DNA of 64,000 nucleotides, taken from assembly GCA_963718615.1 (NCBI GenBank), contig OY970368.1:2080001-2144000 (forward strand), read 5' to 3'. The position numbers were made by a program, and so were the translations under genes. Below, one piece after another: positions 49,182 through 59,203 of the stretch (positions are counted from its first letter, which is position 1; each line of letters opens with the position of its first letter). The notes beneath the pieces are model-generated. The model was given only the letters and a program-made list of their open reading frames with translations, had not been told where the DNA came from and ran no database searches. The DNA comes from an uncultured cyanobacterium (lineage in GTDB: Bacteria; Cyanobacteriota; Cyanobacteriia; PCC-9006; JAAUQQ01).

Positions 49182-51936
49182 CGAGTTGGGTAACCTGCAT
49201 AAAGCTACGCAGAAACTCAATAATATTTTGCAGATTTGCCCTCAAAACACTAGAGTTCTTTTTGAACTTGGAGAAGTCTATCGGATTCAGAAAAAATTCA
49301 AAAAGGCCATTTCAAAATATGAAAAAGCATTAGCAGTTGATTCTACGTATAAGCAGGCCCAGCTTCGCAGCATGCAGGTACATCGTGAATTAGGTCATTG
49401 GGAAATAGTTGAGAATCACTGGAAAAAAGTCGTTCATAATAATGAATTAGACCGATTTCAAGCCTGTGTTCAACTCGGTATGCTCGAAAGATATAGAGGT
49501 CTACATAGTCGAGCAATAGGCTGGTTTGAGAAAGCCTTAGAGAATAAGTTGAGACTAAATCAGAAGCTACAAGTTCAGATTTACATAGCAGAAGAACTTC
49601 GAGATTTAAATAAACTTGAAGCAGCCCAATCATTAAGTGAATTATTAGTAGAGCAAAATTCTTGTGAACCATCTACATTCATTGTTTTAGCAAGTATTTT
49701 TCAACGGAAGAAAGACTTTGAAAGTGCTATAAAATGGTACAAAAGAGCACTAAATATAAATCCTAACCATATTAGTTGTAAACTAAATTTAGCCAAAAAT
49801 TTATATTATGTAGGGAGGGCTGAAGATGCGCTAAAGCTACTTGAAGTAGCCCGTAAAGATGACTACAGTTTTCTAGCTTTGCAGCTCTGTAAGATAGAGA
49901 TTTTACAAGATAACGGTTCTTTCAGTGATGCTGAAACTCATCTTCTGGAGCTAAGGAAAATATTTCCTAGTGAACCACATATAATATTTCAGCTTGCGTG
50001 TCTAAAGAGTACTCAAGGGAACCTAGAAGAATCTTTAAGTTGGTTCAACAAACTAAAAAAAGAAAATATAAGCAACAAGAAGCTACTTAGTACTAGATTA
50101 AAAATTATTGAGAAGCTTATCCAATTAGATTTTTTAAATGAAGCTTACGAAGAGGCAGAAGGGGCTCTTTTCGCATATCCCAACCACCAGAAAGTTCTTG
50201 CTTTCTTAGTAAAGATATATATTAAGAAAGTAGACTTTTCGCCTGCGATTGAGATTTGTAATCAAATTCTTTCGAAGAATCCTTATGATTTTAGCATTCA
50301 TCTAGATCTGGTTTATATTTTAAGCAATACAAATCGAGTAGCCGAAGCAATAGATCGACTTGAAAGTCTCTACAATTCCGACTGTAAAGATTGGCGTATC
50401 CCTAATCGTCTTGGAGAACTTGCGCAGGCATCAGGAGATTGGTTAGGGGCAAAAAATTGGTATGAGGTAGCTATAAGCATATGTCCTTCCATTCCAGCTA
50501 TTCATACTGCTCTTGCTGAAGTAGTATATCGACAAGGGGATGTAGATCTAGCACTAATGACTCTACACCATGCACAAAGATCTCTACCTAATGCATATGA
50601 ACTGATGGTCAAAGAAGCCGATCTTAGTAAAAGAAGAGGTTATCCTGAAGAAGCTCTAGCTCTTCTAAATCGAGCTGCTGAAAAGTTTTACAACACTACA
50701 GCCATTGAGGTAGAAAGGTGCAGCCTATACCTCGAACTAGGCAAATTTTCACTAATTGGCGAAGCTTTAAAGGATCGCCAGTGCTACTTACCAACGTGGC
50801 GCAAGAAAGCTGAGCAAATATTAGGAAACGTAGCCTTACGTCAATTCAACTTCAAGAAGGCAGAATGTCATTTTAGAACTGCAATTTCTCTAAATCCTCC
50901 CCTAACCAGCGAATATCAGAAACTTGCGCAGACTCTAATGATGCAAGGTCACTTAGATGATGCCTGGGAAAGTCTTAAACAGGCAACTGATGAGCTTCTT
51001 ATCAAGATCTCACCAGGAGCTTCGGGTACACCATTGAAAGGTCATCTTGCAGCTATAGTTAATCAATTCAGAGCGAATCCTAGCCAACTTAAGAAGGTTC
51101 AGCGATCGCTTGATGAAGACGGAGCTGAGAGACTACGGGCACTGGCAAGCGTTATAGTAGAGGAGCCTGACTATGTAGGCAGCTCACTTTTGCTACTTGC
51201 GGCTCTGAGACAACAAGGTTTTTTCAAGCAAATTACAGATCAGCATAATTATTCTAATAGTCTGAGAAAAAAGTCAACCAATACCATTCCTCGCAGAATT
51301 GCTCAGTTTTGGAATGATCCAGAACCCCCTGCTGATGTCAAAGAGGTCATGTCTAGCTGGAAAACTAAAAATCCAGATTATGAATACACTCTATTCTCAC
51401 GAATCAGTGCAATAGAGTTTCTTAAGCAATATTATGACAGAGATACTGTGCACGCTTTTTTGAATTGCGAGCACCCCGCTACGCAAGCTGATTTCTTTCG
51501 CCTAGCATACTTAAATAAAGTAGGTGGTTTTTATGCAGATGTAGATGATCGTTGTTTAGAAAGTATTGATCCGATAGTTCGTATGAATAACAGCTTAGTT
51601 GTTTATCAAGAAGAGTTTTCTCTAGGAAATAGTTTCTTAGGATGCATACCAGGACAGATAGTGATTCGGATAGCGTTTGAGAAAGCAGTTAAAAATTTGA
51701 AGGAATACAATGCTGAAAGTCCTTGGTTCAAGACAGGGCCAGGATTGTTGAGCAGTGCCTTTTGTATTGCAGTATTACCTTACATATGCTCTTTTGAGGA
51801 AAAAACTTCTTCTGAAATGCTAGTTCTAGAACTTCATGAACTCAAACATTTTGTCTGGTGTGGAACTCATTTAAGTTATAAGTCAACTTCGAAAAGCTGG
51901 TACCATAAAACTTACAACCTTCTTTTAAAGAGCTAA
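48910..51936 (+). CDS. TPR-DXD glycosyltransferase copy 4 (divergent, AT-rich body)
   Basis: Shared ~91-aa N-terminus; IPRRIAQFW..ADFFRLAYL..GGFYADVD. Confidence 0.9.
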   Translation: MTQTPERQLKTAEARLAAALALREAGDLVGAVGLLRELLGEESGFVRGWIELGRTLRRLGEREAALEAFGEAERLEPKHLQSRIEGAIELRELGNLHKATQKLNNILQICPQNTRVLFELGEVYRIQKKFKKAISKYEKALAVDSTYKQAQLRSMQVHRELGHWEIVENHWKKVVHNNELDRFQACVQLGMLERYRGLHSRAIGWFEKALENKLRLNQKLQVQIYIAEELRDLNKLEAAQSLSELLVEQNSCEPSTFIVLASIFQRKKDFESAIKWYKRALNINPNHISCKLNLAKNLYYVGRAEDALKLLEVARKDDYSFLALQLCKIEILQDNGSFSDAETHLLELRKIFPSEPHIIFQLACLKSTQGNLEESLSWFNKLKKENISNKKLLSTRLKIIEKLIQLDFLNEAYEEAEGALFAYPNHQKVLAFLVKIYIKKVDFSPAIEICNQILSKNPYDFSIHLDLVYILSNTNRVAEAIDRLESLYNSDCKDWRIPNRLGELAQASGDWLGAKNWYEVAISICPSIPAIHTALAEVVYRQGDVDLALMTLHHAQRSLPNAYELMVKEADLSKRRGYPEEALALLNRAAEKFYNTTAIEVERCSLYLELGKFSLIGEALKDRQCYLPTWRKKAEQILGNVALRQFNFKKAECHFRTAISLNPPLTSEYQKLAQTLMMQGHLDDAWESLKQATDELLIKISPGASGTPLKGHLAAIVNQFRANPSQLKKVQRSLDEDGAERLRALASVIVEEPDYVGSSLLLLAALRQQGFFKQITDQHNYSNSLRKKSTNTIPRRIAQFWNDPEPPADVKEVMSSWKTKNPDYEYTLFSRISAIEFLKQYYDRDTVHAFLNCEHPATQADFFRLAYLNKVGGFYADVDDRCLESIDPIVRMNNSLVVYQEEFSLGNSFLGCIPGQIVIRIAFEKAVKNLKEYNAESPWFKTGPGLLSSAFCIAVLPYICSFEEKTSSEMLVLELHELKHFVWCGTHLSYKSTSKSWYHKTYNLLLKS

Positions 51937-51982
51937 TGCCTCTTGATTTGGCAAGCCAAATTAAATTTAGAACAGAAATCAA

Positions 51983-53323
51983 TTAAAGTTTGAGATTATT
52001 TATAACTGTTAAAGCACCTTTTTTAGAAGTCAGATCCCTATCTACCAAGTATGCATAATCTGTTCTTGGAGTTGACTTTCCTTCATGGTTTGGCTGCTCA
52101 CAATACTGAATATACAAAGTTAAGATTTCATCTCTTTGCCAGCGGATGCGGTCTATTATTGGTTCATAGTAACCTAGCGGCTGATCCCACAATACAAGTG
52201 TATCTGTATATTTGACTTCGTATAGTGGAGGCAACAGTCGTTGGGCGACTAATTTGTCTTTAGTCAGATCGCCACGATAGATTACGTACACAACGTCATT
52301 TTTATCAATAACGATTTCTGGTCGGCTAATGGGTAGTTGTAGTGTTCCACTCCCTGAAAGAGTAAACGGTCTGTCTCTTTTTGATATACACTGACACTTC
52401 CATTGCCCCCTATCAAACCACAAGTGCTGGTATTGCGGTACTCCACTGGGATCATTCGCGTAGAAGACAATATGAGGATTACCCTTGCTATCAACGGCCA
52501 TGCTAGTTTGATTAATAAGATTTGATCCTGGAGAAACTGCAAAGACTGTCTCTGAATTTACCTGAGTGATGGGCAGAAACAATGGTTGCCCACGCGAGGA
52601 GCTCCAGGTAATTCCGTTATCTCCAGATTTTGCATAGTCTATATTAGAATTATTAATTATTTTCTCTTGAGTCGTATAATCTGTACGCCAGGTGAACGAT
52701 AAATGTATAGTTCCATTTTTATCTATACATGGATGATTCCAGTATGGATTACTTGTCCAAGGTTGGTGAGATAATCCAGACAAAATTTCAATGCTGCGAT
52801 CGATCCAGGTTTTTTTATTTTCCGAATATTCCTTTAATTTAGTTCGGCCACATTTCCAATTTCCCTCTCTATACATAAATAAAAGAGGTTTCTGCTTGTT
52901 TTGTACTATAAAGGTTGGATACGTAATTTTTTCTTCTGGCTGACCAGACATCGAAATTTCATCTGACCAATTGTAGATATCAAGTGCATGTTTAGAGCGT
53001 CGGTAGCGTAATCTTGAGCCATGCAAATCATAAGATATGTGCAAGCAACCTTCTCTATCCATACCAAGACTAATGCAGTTGTGTGCATCCTGAATATTAT
53101 AAATTCCTTTAATATCATAGATACATATGCTAGCATTACCTAGATTACGCCGAACGACTCTAAGATTAAAAGCACTTCGATAAAATGCTGTGAATTGATA
53201 GCTATTTATTGTAAGGATTGAATGATGTCTAAAAATCGCAGTATTGAGAGCATTACCTGACCACGCCTTACCTAAGTTAATTTTTTGATGAGAATACATC
53301 AGCTCGTTCTTTATTAAGGTCAT
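51983..53323 (-). CDS. BNR-4 repeat-like protein
   Basis: DAHNCISLGMD..HISYDLH, TYPTF, YAKSGDNGITW Asp-box. Confidence 0.75.
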   Translation of the reverse strand: MTLIKNELMYSHQKINLGKAWSGNALNTAIFRHHSILTINSYQFTAFYRSAFNLRVVRRNLGNASICIYDIKGIYNIQDAHNCISLGMDREGCLHISYDLHGSRLRYRRSKHALDIYNWSDEISMSGQPEEKITYPTFIVQNKQKPLLFMYREGNWKCGRTKLKEYSENKKTWIDRSIEILSGLSHQPWTSNPYWNHPCIDKNGTIHLSFTWRTDYTTQEKIINNSNIDYAKSGDNGITWSSSRGQPLFLPITQVNSETVFAVSPGSNLINQTSMAVDSKGNPHIVFYANDPSGVPQYQHLWFDRGQWKCQCISKRDRPFTLSGSGTLQLPISRPEIVIDKNDVVYVIYRGDLTKDKLVAQRLLPPLYEVKYTDTLVLWDQPLGYYEPIIDRIRWQRDEILTLYIQYCEQPNHEGKSTPRTDYAYLVDRDLTSKKGALTVINNLKL

Positions 53324-53810
53324 GAAACTGATTGACGGATACTTATCAAGTAAATCTTGTTAGGCAAGTTTACTCAACTCTAAAGTACCTACTATGTAGG
53401 GGGCTTAGATTTAATCTACTCCTTTTGTATTGCTAGACTTGCCCCTATCTCAGGCAGCGCTATCTAAAGGCTAAAAATTTTCCTAGACAAGCGTTCACAA
53501 GCGAGATTGATGAGACTTGCGTGAGAAGTATTAGTCGCTTATGGCAATTCACTTATCAAAGAAAAACAGCCTTTTAGATAAAATGATTTAGTTTTTCTTA
53601 GCTTTCAAGGTAACACATAACAATTCAAACTCTTATAGAATGCATATTTCTTAAACCGCTCCAAGACAGAAACCAGTAGTTTTAGCTGATCGGCTGAAAG
53701 TCTCTCTAGTTAAGAGCTACAGCTCAAGCAGAGCTCTGGGAGAAACCATGGTTTTCAAAGTTGGAGCGGTTTATGTCTTAAGGTTATGTATACAATTACG
53801 GCTCTACAGT

Positions 53811-55661
53811 CTATATGGGCTTGCGAGAAATAAAAGTTATAAGCTTTTGGATTTCGGAATCTTTGTTTTTTATTCGAAAATCTTCGGTATCGAATCCAAT
53901 TGTTTTCAAATTTTCAAAAATATCATTTCCAAATTCTGTATAGACAAGCGATTGACTACCATCTCCTGCAATATGATATCTTGGCTCCAATAAATGAATA
54001 TCTTTATCTCCAGATACATCAACACGATAGATAGTGCGAGCTTGTAAAGGGTGCTGTACTGGTATTGTAAATATATGATACCCACCGGGTTTCAATATAC
54101 GAAAAATCTCTCTGAAAGCCAACCAAGGATGACGAACATGTTCCATAATATCAGAAGTTATAATTAAATCAAATTTATCTTCTTCGTATGTTAAGTTTTC
54201 AAGGTTTTGACATTGAATACCATCCACAAATTCACCTTCTTCTACATCCTCCCAGTAGTATGACTGCTTATAACTCGGCAAGTCTTTAAAATAGCTTCTG
54301 AATGAACCGATTATTCCAGGCTCATAAATTGAGCAAAATTTAAAGTTTTGCTCTTTACAAAGTTCTTCGATTGAAAAAGAATTTTGCTTAGAGAAGCATT
54401 TCACTATCGCCGCTGCCTGACCTCGATGCCGAAGCGAAGCTTTGCAGTGAATACATCTATACCCCTCACGCAAAAACTTATGATTTTTATGAAAAACTTG
54501 ACTTTTTCCACAAACACTACATGAGTCATTATAACTGTGCTCTGTAGATTCTAAGAAAGTCTTTTTTATATCTACCGTCTCTTCAAAAGGAAAGCCAGAT
54601 TTAGAAAGATCTACTGATGAACTCACAATCTTTGCAGATTTCTTATTTTCATTAATTACATTTAACGAAAATAAATTATTACAAGCCTGATGAATTTCTG
54701 CTATTGGTACATCACTATTTGAAATTCTACAGTTAAAAATCATACAACTTTTAGCACCTTTACTTCCTTGCAGCAAAATTCCATAATCAGTATTATTTTC
54801 AATGCAAGAATCAGTAATGACAACACCAGATGCATTTGATACTAAAATTCCTACTTCTTTATTTTTTGTAAATTCTCCTGTTATGAATACACTACTTAAC
54901 TGATGGTTATGAGAACCACACAAAGCTAAGCCTCTCTTGCAATCGCTGGCACAGCACTTGGCAACTGCATTATGAAGAGAAGAATAATTAGAGTCTAACA
55001 TTATTCCATTGCCTGTCGATTTCTCAACTCTTGCCTCTAAGTGTATATTGGTACCACCATCAAGATGAATAGCTGAGTGCATCTTATCTAGGCCTGAATT
55101 ATAAACATAGGCACCCAAGATAAGTAAATTATCGGCTTTGCTACTCGATATTCCGCTCCAGCCGACATTGGAAGAGCTAAAATCTTCAATTTTCAAATCG
55201 CTACAGGCATTAAAATGAATACCTGTATGTAATAAGTTATTTGCTTCCAAATTTAGAAACTCAGCATTTCTCACCCGTTTGAGGTATATCGCATTGCATG
55301 TGAGCAAGCGCTTATCGTTCGGTAGTCGAGATTGATACTCTTTGTTTCCTTCAAATGAAACATTTGATATCCTTAGATATGAATTTCCTTTTTCATAATC
55401 ACTATTTGTTAGAATATGGCAATTACTGCCGGGAACAAGAGTTAACTTACTTTTGTTCTCTGGGTCTCCTTTTAGCCAGACCTTACTAGATACTACAATT
55501 GTTTTGCTTATTAAATATTCACCAGGAAGAAGCTGAATAATTAACCAATCTTTTGAGTTATTAATAGCATTTTGAATGGCAGAAGACGTTCTTTCTTCAA
55601 TTAACAATATTGTGGCATTACTCCAAAAATCATTCTGTGACGAAACTTCAGCTAATTTCAT
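53811..55661 (-). CDS. Right-handed beta-helix protein fused to Zn-ribbon/class I methyltransferase-like domain
   Basis: PGEYLI, N/G-rich parallel beta-helix repeats; CSVC..CIHC; FDLIITSDIMEHV, RILKPGG. Confidence 0.78.
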   Translation of the reverse strand: MKLAEVSSQNDFWSNATILLIEERTSSAIQNAINNSKDWLIIQLLPGEYLISKTIVVSSKVWLKGDPENKSKLTLVPGSNCHILTNSDYEKGNSYLRISNVSFEGNKEYQSRLPNDKRLLTCNAIYLKRVRNAEFLNLEANNLLHTGIHFNACSDLKIEDFSSSNVGWSGISSSKADNLLILGAYVYNSGLDKMHSAIHLDGGTNIHLEARVEKSTGNGIMLDSNYSSLHNAVAKCCASDCKRGLALCGSHNHQLSSVFITGEFTKNKEVGILVSNASGVVITDSCIENNTDYGILLQGSKGAKSCMIFNCRISNSDVPIAEIHQACNNLFSLNVINENKKSAKIVSSSVDLSKSGFPFEETVDIKKTFLESTEHSYNDSCSVCGKSQVFHKNHKFLREGYRCIHCKASLRHRGQAAAIVKCFSKQNSFSIEELCKEQNFKFCSIYEPGIIGSFRSYFKDLPSYKQSYYWEDVEEGEFVDGIQCQNLENLTYEEDKFDLIITSDIMEHVRHPWLAFREIFRILKPGGYHIFTIPVQHPLQARTIYRVDVSGDKDIHLLEPRYHIAGDGSQSLVYTEFGNDIFENLKTIGFDTEDFRIKNKDSEIQKLITFISRKPI

Positions 55662-55721
55662 TGTAATTCTCCTGTTTTTAATGCGTCTAGCTTGATGGCG
55701 AGATGGTAAAACGAATAAAAC

Positions 55722-58700
55722 TTATATCTTCTGCGCAACAAATGTGATCAATCGATGAATATCTGTATCATTTTTCTCTAATCTAAACAGTGACACCTTA
55801 AATCCAATAGATTTAAGATACTTTATTAAGTCCTCTCCATAGGAAAATTGAACCGATCGATCACTTAAGGCCTCGAGGGTATTATGCATTTGGAAGTCTT
55901 TTGTTACTCCTCCAGAAGATATAACACGCCCATCTTTTTGCTTGACTGTAAATGTTGTCTTCTCTGGAATAGGATCCGTGACTGGTATAGAGAAAATATG
56001 ATAGCCTCCAGGTCTCAAAACTCTTTGAATTTCCTTCAATGCATGAGAAGGTTGCGAAACACATTGTAAGATGTCTGAACTAAGAACCAGGTCAAATTTC
56101 TCATCACTATAAATGAGTCTTTGTAGATCTTGTATTTGAACTCCATTTACGTAGCTTCCTGGTTTACTATTCAATTGGTATGAGGATTGAGTATAGTTTT
56201 CTAGTTTGGATAAATATTTTCTCAATGGACCGATTAATCCAGGCTCATAGATTGATAATTTTCTAAAAGATTCTTCCTTGCAAAGATTTACAAGAGTAGT
56301 AGAGTTTTTCTGAGAAAAAATTCTCAGAATCACTTCTACTTGTCCTCTGTATCTCAACGATGAATTGCAGTTTTTACATTTGTATCCTTCTCGTAGGGAG
56401 CGTTGCTCTTTTTGAAATATTTGATCAGTACCACATACATTACATACTGCATGATACTCCTCTTTTAGAGGCTTGCTTTTAGAGGTTTTTTGATTTGGCT
56501 GCTCTACTACATTCTTTTGATTTCTAATCTGCTCACAGCTAGAAAGTGACAAATGATAAACTGGCGATTGTTTTAGATAATTAGTGTCTATATTATTTAG
56601 AATGGTTTTGAGGCGATTTTCCCAACTTATTTTATCAAGAAGATCAGTTCTATACTTGGTAGAATTCTCATTACTGCACATCGTATCTAATAAGTATTCA
56701 CTTATTGAGTCAACAAAGGCACTATAGTTACTTGCAATTTTCAGAATCCCCTTTAAGTCGTCAATATTTAGAATGGGTGTACTAACGATAGGAATACCCA
56801 TCGCATAATAAACATAGAGCTTCAATGGATTCATACTACGTGTTAGCTCATTGTCTAAGTGGGGAATAATACCCACATCAAAGTTCTGAATGAAAGCTAA
56901 GGATTCATCGTACGGCCTTACCCCCAGCAGATGAACATTCTCAAGGCTTGAAAGCTCAAATATTTTAGAGCTTCCATGAGCAGAACCAATGACAACAAGG
57001 TTCCAGTCTTTTCTGCTAACCGCAATATATCTCATCAGGTCCACGTCAACGCGATCTGATAAATTTCCAACATATCCAATAATAGGCCCGGAAAGAGAGG
57101 CCAACTCTTCTGGTTTCTGAAGAACTTTTGTTCTATCAAAAATTTCTGCGCCATTTTGAACAACTGTAATATTTGGGTTAATCTTCTGAAACGAACTCTT
57201 CGTTGTCTCGCAGTTTGCAAAGGCTATATTTGACAATTCAAGAGTTTGACGATAACTATCATCTAAGCGTTTAAAATACTTTGGATGAACGTCCCACTTC
57301 CGCTGATCGTCGATAATATCGGAAACAACAAAATCAAATTTAATTTCTTTTGAAATTTCTGGAAACTCAAAAACAACAGGACAAACCCATGCCATAACAT
57401 TAGAATCTATCTGTAAGCAGCAAAGTGTTTGCTTAATATATTCAATATAATTGCTTTTTTGAGGCAGATTAAAACCTAAGAAATCTTTTCCTTTCTTATC
57501 TTCTGTATAGATGAAAGTTCTTCGAAAGACATTTTGCGTATCTTGCATCTCTAAGAATCTTTCAACAGTATTAATAAATACCAAATTATTTTGACTGAAC
57601 TTTGACAAAGGACCTTTAGCAGTCTTCTTTTGTAGCTCTTCAATTGAAATAGGAGCATCAAAATGAACTATTTTTCCTATTCTCTTACTTTTAGAAAACT
57701 GCTTCAAGAGCATATCTTGCCGTCTCCCATATATGCCAGAATCATTCTGTTTCCAGAAAAATACGATATTAATAGGTTTATCTGGGGAAAACTTATATTC
57801 GATTTCCTCTGTATAGTCTTCTTGACTTAAATCTACATCTAACCTAGGCAATTTCACAGATGAACGTTTTTCTAGGAGTTCAAAGACTTGAGAGACTATG
57901 TAAGGATTCTTTTTATATTCTGACTTTGCAATCTCTAAAGAAAGCTTTATTCTCTCAGTATTTACGCAATAGCTAAATTCACTGAGAAAGTAATGTCTGC
58001 CAATTTTAGAAACAGCCAAATTTCCATTATACGAACCATAAAAGATGTCTTTAATTGACCTCTCCAATTCTTCATCAGTATTTACTGAGATAACACACTT
58101 GCTAGCAATTAGATCTTGAAGAGGTGGAACATTACTAACAATAGTAGGTATTCCCATTGCAAGTGCATCTGTAAGCTTTGCGGGTATCTGATAATTAGAT
58201 ATGGCCGATGATGGCTCTTGCAAAATACAGGCTAGATCGGCCATTGAAACAAGCTCCGGCAATCTCTCCCAAGGTTGATCAGGATTAAAATCAATTCTTG
58301 CATTTGGGTATTTCTCAAAATCCTTTAAAATTCTCTTATCTCTAATAGTTCCAATAATACACAATACGATTTTATTATCTTTAATTGACTCTAAAGCTTT
58401 GGCTATTCTATAAATACCTTTGTGAGGACGTGGTGTTCCAACAAATAGAATGACTTTGTCAGCCTCTGTATATCCAAATTCCTTTCGGATTTTATTGCGT
58501 TGAAAATTTACTGGATTGAATTGATCCTCATCTCTCGCATGCCTAACAATCAATCCTCCATATCGCTGTTGAAGCGAGATATTAGAGACTGTAATTGCAT
58601 CTGCACACGGAATTAAATTCTCACAAAAGCGAGTCCAAATTTCAGAATAAAGCTCACCTTCTTCTTGGTTTTGGAGGTCACTAATTAGATCTTTGTAAGA

Positions 58701-59162
58701 AGCAGAGCTTTGATTTTTGAAAAATGATAATTCATGATCATCAATATCTAGAATGAGTGGACAGTTACTGTAGTGCTTAATAAGAAATCCTAGAAAAAGA
58801 CTTGGAAATCTTGGTTTGCCAACATAAACATAGTCATAAAGATTATTACAAGCTAGTTCATGAGCACCTTTTATAAAAGATTTTAGATCGTCTGCTCTAA
58901 AGCTTCTAATGCTAATATCAATAGACTTGAGTGGTGGCCAAAGCTCATCTCCATAAGCAGGATGTATTGCACCAATTAATTCAACATTACCAAATCTTTT
59001 AGCCATATCTGCAAGAAGAAATGCTCGTCCAACAGGATTATGAGCTAAGTCCCAAGATACTACGGCAATTTTCGGTTTCTGGTATGGATTAGATGCCAAA
59101 ATTGGCACGCCAGATTTAATTTTGGAAAGGCTAGATGTTTTCATCTGATTGTGGTTACGCAT
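55722..59162 (-). CDS. Double GT-B (GT4-like) glycosyltransferase with methyltransferase-like tail
   Basis: FVGTPRPHKG, PAKLTDALAMG; GYVGNL, NPLKLYVYYAMG; CNVC..CKNC, RVLRPGG. Confidence 0.8.
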   Translation of the reverse strand: MRNHNQMKTSSLSKIKSGVPILASNPYQKPKIAVVSWDLAHNPVGRAFLLADMAKRFGNVELIGAIHPAYGDELWPPLKSIDISIRSFRADDLKSFIKGAHELACNNLYDYVYVGKPRFPSLFLGFLIKHYSNCPLILDIDDHELSFFKNQSSASYKDLISDLQNQEEGELYSEIWTRFCENLIPCADAITVSNISLQQRYGGLIVRHARDEDQFNPVNFQRNKIRKEFGYTEADKVILFVGTPRPHKGIYRIAKALESIKDNKIVLCIIGTIRDKRILKDFEKYPNARIDFNPDQPWERLPELVSMADLACILQEPSSAISNYQIPAKLTDALAMGIPTIVSNVPPLQDLIASKCVISVNTDEELERSIKDIFYGSYNGNLAVSKIGRHYFLSEFSYCVNTERIKLSLEIAKSEYKKNPYIVSQVFELLEKRSSVKLPRLDVDLSQEDYTEEIEYKFSPDKPINIVFFWKQNDSGIYGRRQDMLLKQFSKSKRIGKIVHFDAPISIEELQKKTAKGPLSKFSQNNLVFINTVERFLEMQDTQNVFRRTFIYTEDKKGKDFLGFNLPQKSNYIEYIKQTLCCLQIDSNVMAWVCPVVFEFPEISKEIKFDFVVSDIIDDQRKWDVHPKYFKRLDDSYRQTLELSNIAFANCETTKSSFQKINPNITVVQNGAEIFDRTKVLQKPEELASLSGPIIGYVGNLSDRVDVDLMRYIAVSRKDWNLVVIGSAHGSSKIFELSSLENVHLLGVRPYDESLAFIQNFDVGIIPHLDNELTRSMNPLKLYVYYAMGIPIVSTPILNIDDLKGILKIASNYSAFVDSISEYLLDTMCSNENSTKYRTDLLDKISWENRLKTILNNIDTNYLKQSPVYHLSLSSCEQIRNQKNVVEQPNQKTSKSKPLKEEYHAVCNVCGTDQIFQKEQRSLREGYKCKNCNSSLRYRGQVEVILRIFSQKNSTTLVNLCKEESFRKLSIYEPGLIGPLRKYLSKLENYTQSSYQLNSKPGSYVNGVQIQDLQRLIYSDEKFDLVLSSDILQCVSQPSHALKEIQRVLRPGGYHIFSIPVTDPIPEKTTFTVKQKDGRVISSGGVTKDFQMHNTLEALSDRSVQFSYGEDLIKYLKSIGFKVSLFRLEKNDTDIHRLITFVAQKI

Positions 59163-59203
59163 GTCTCTCGAACCTTAAATATCGAATACTTACTGAGAAT
59201 TAT

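Noticed and set aside
53324-53810. Long intergenic gap as ncRNA or IS remnant
   Set aside because: I could not recognise any RNA family, terminal repeat or convincing structure by eye.
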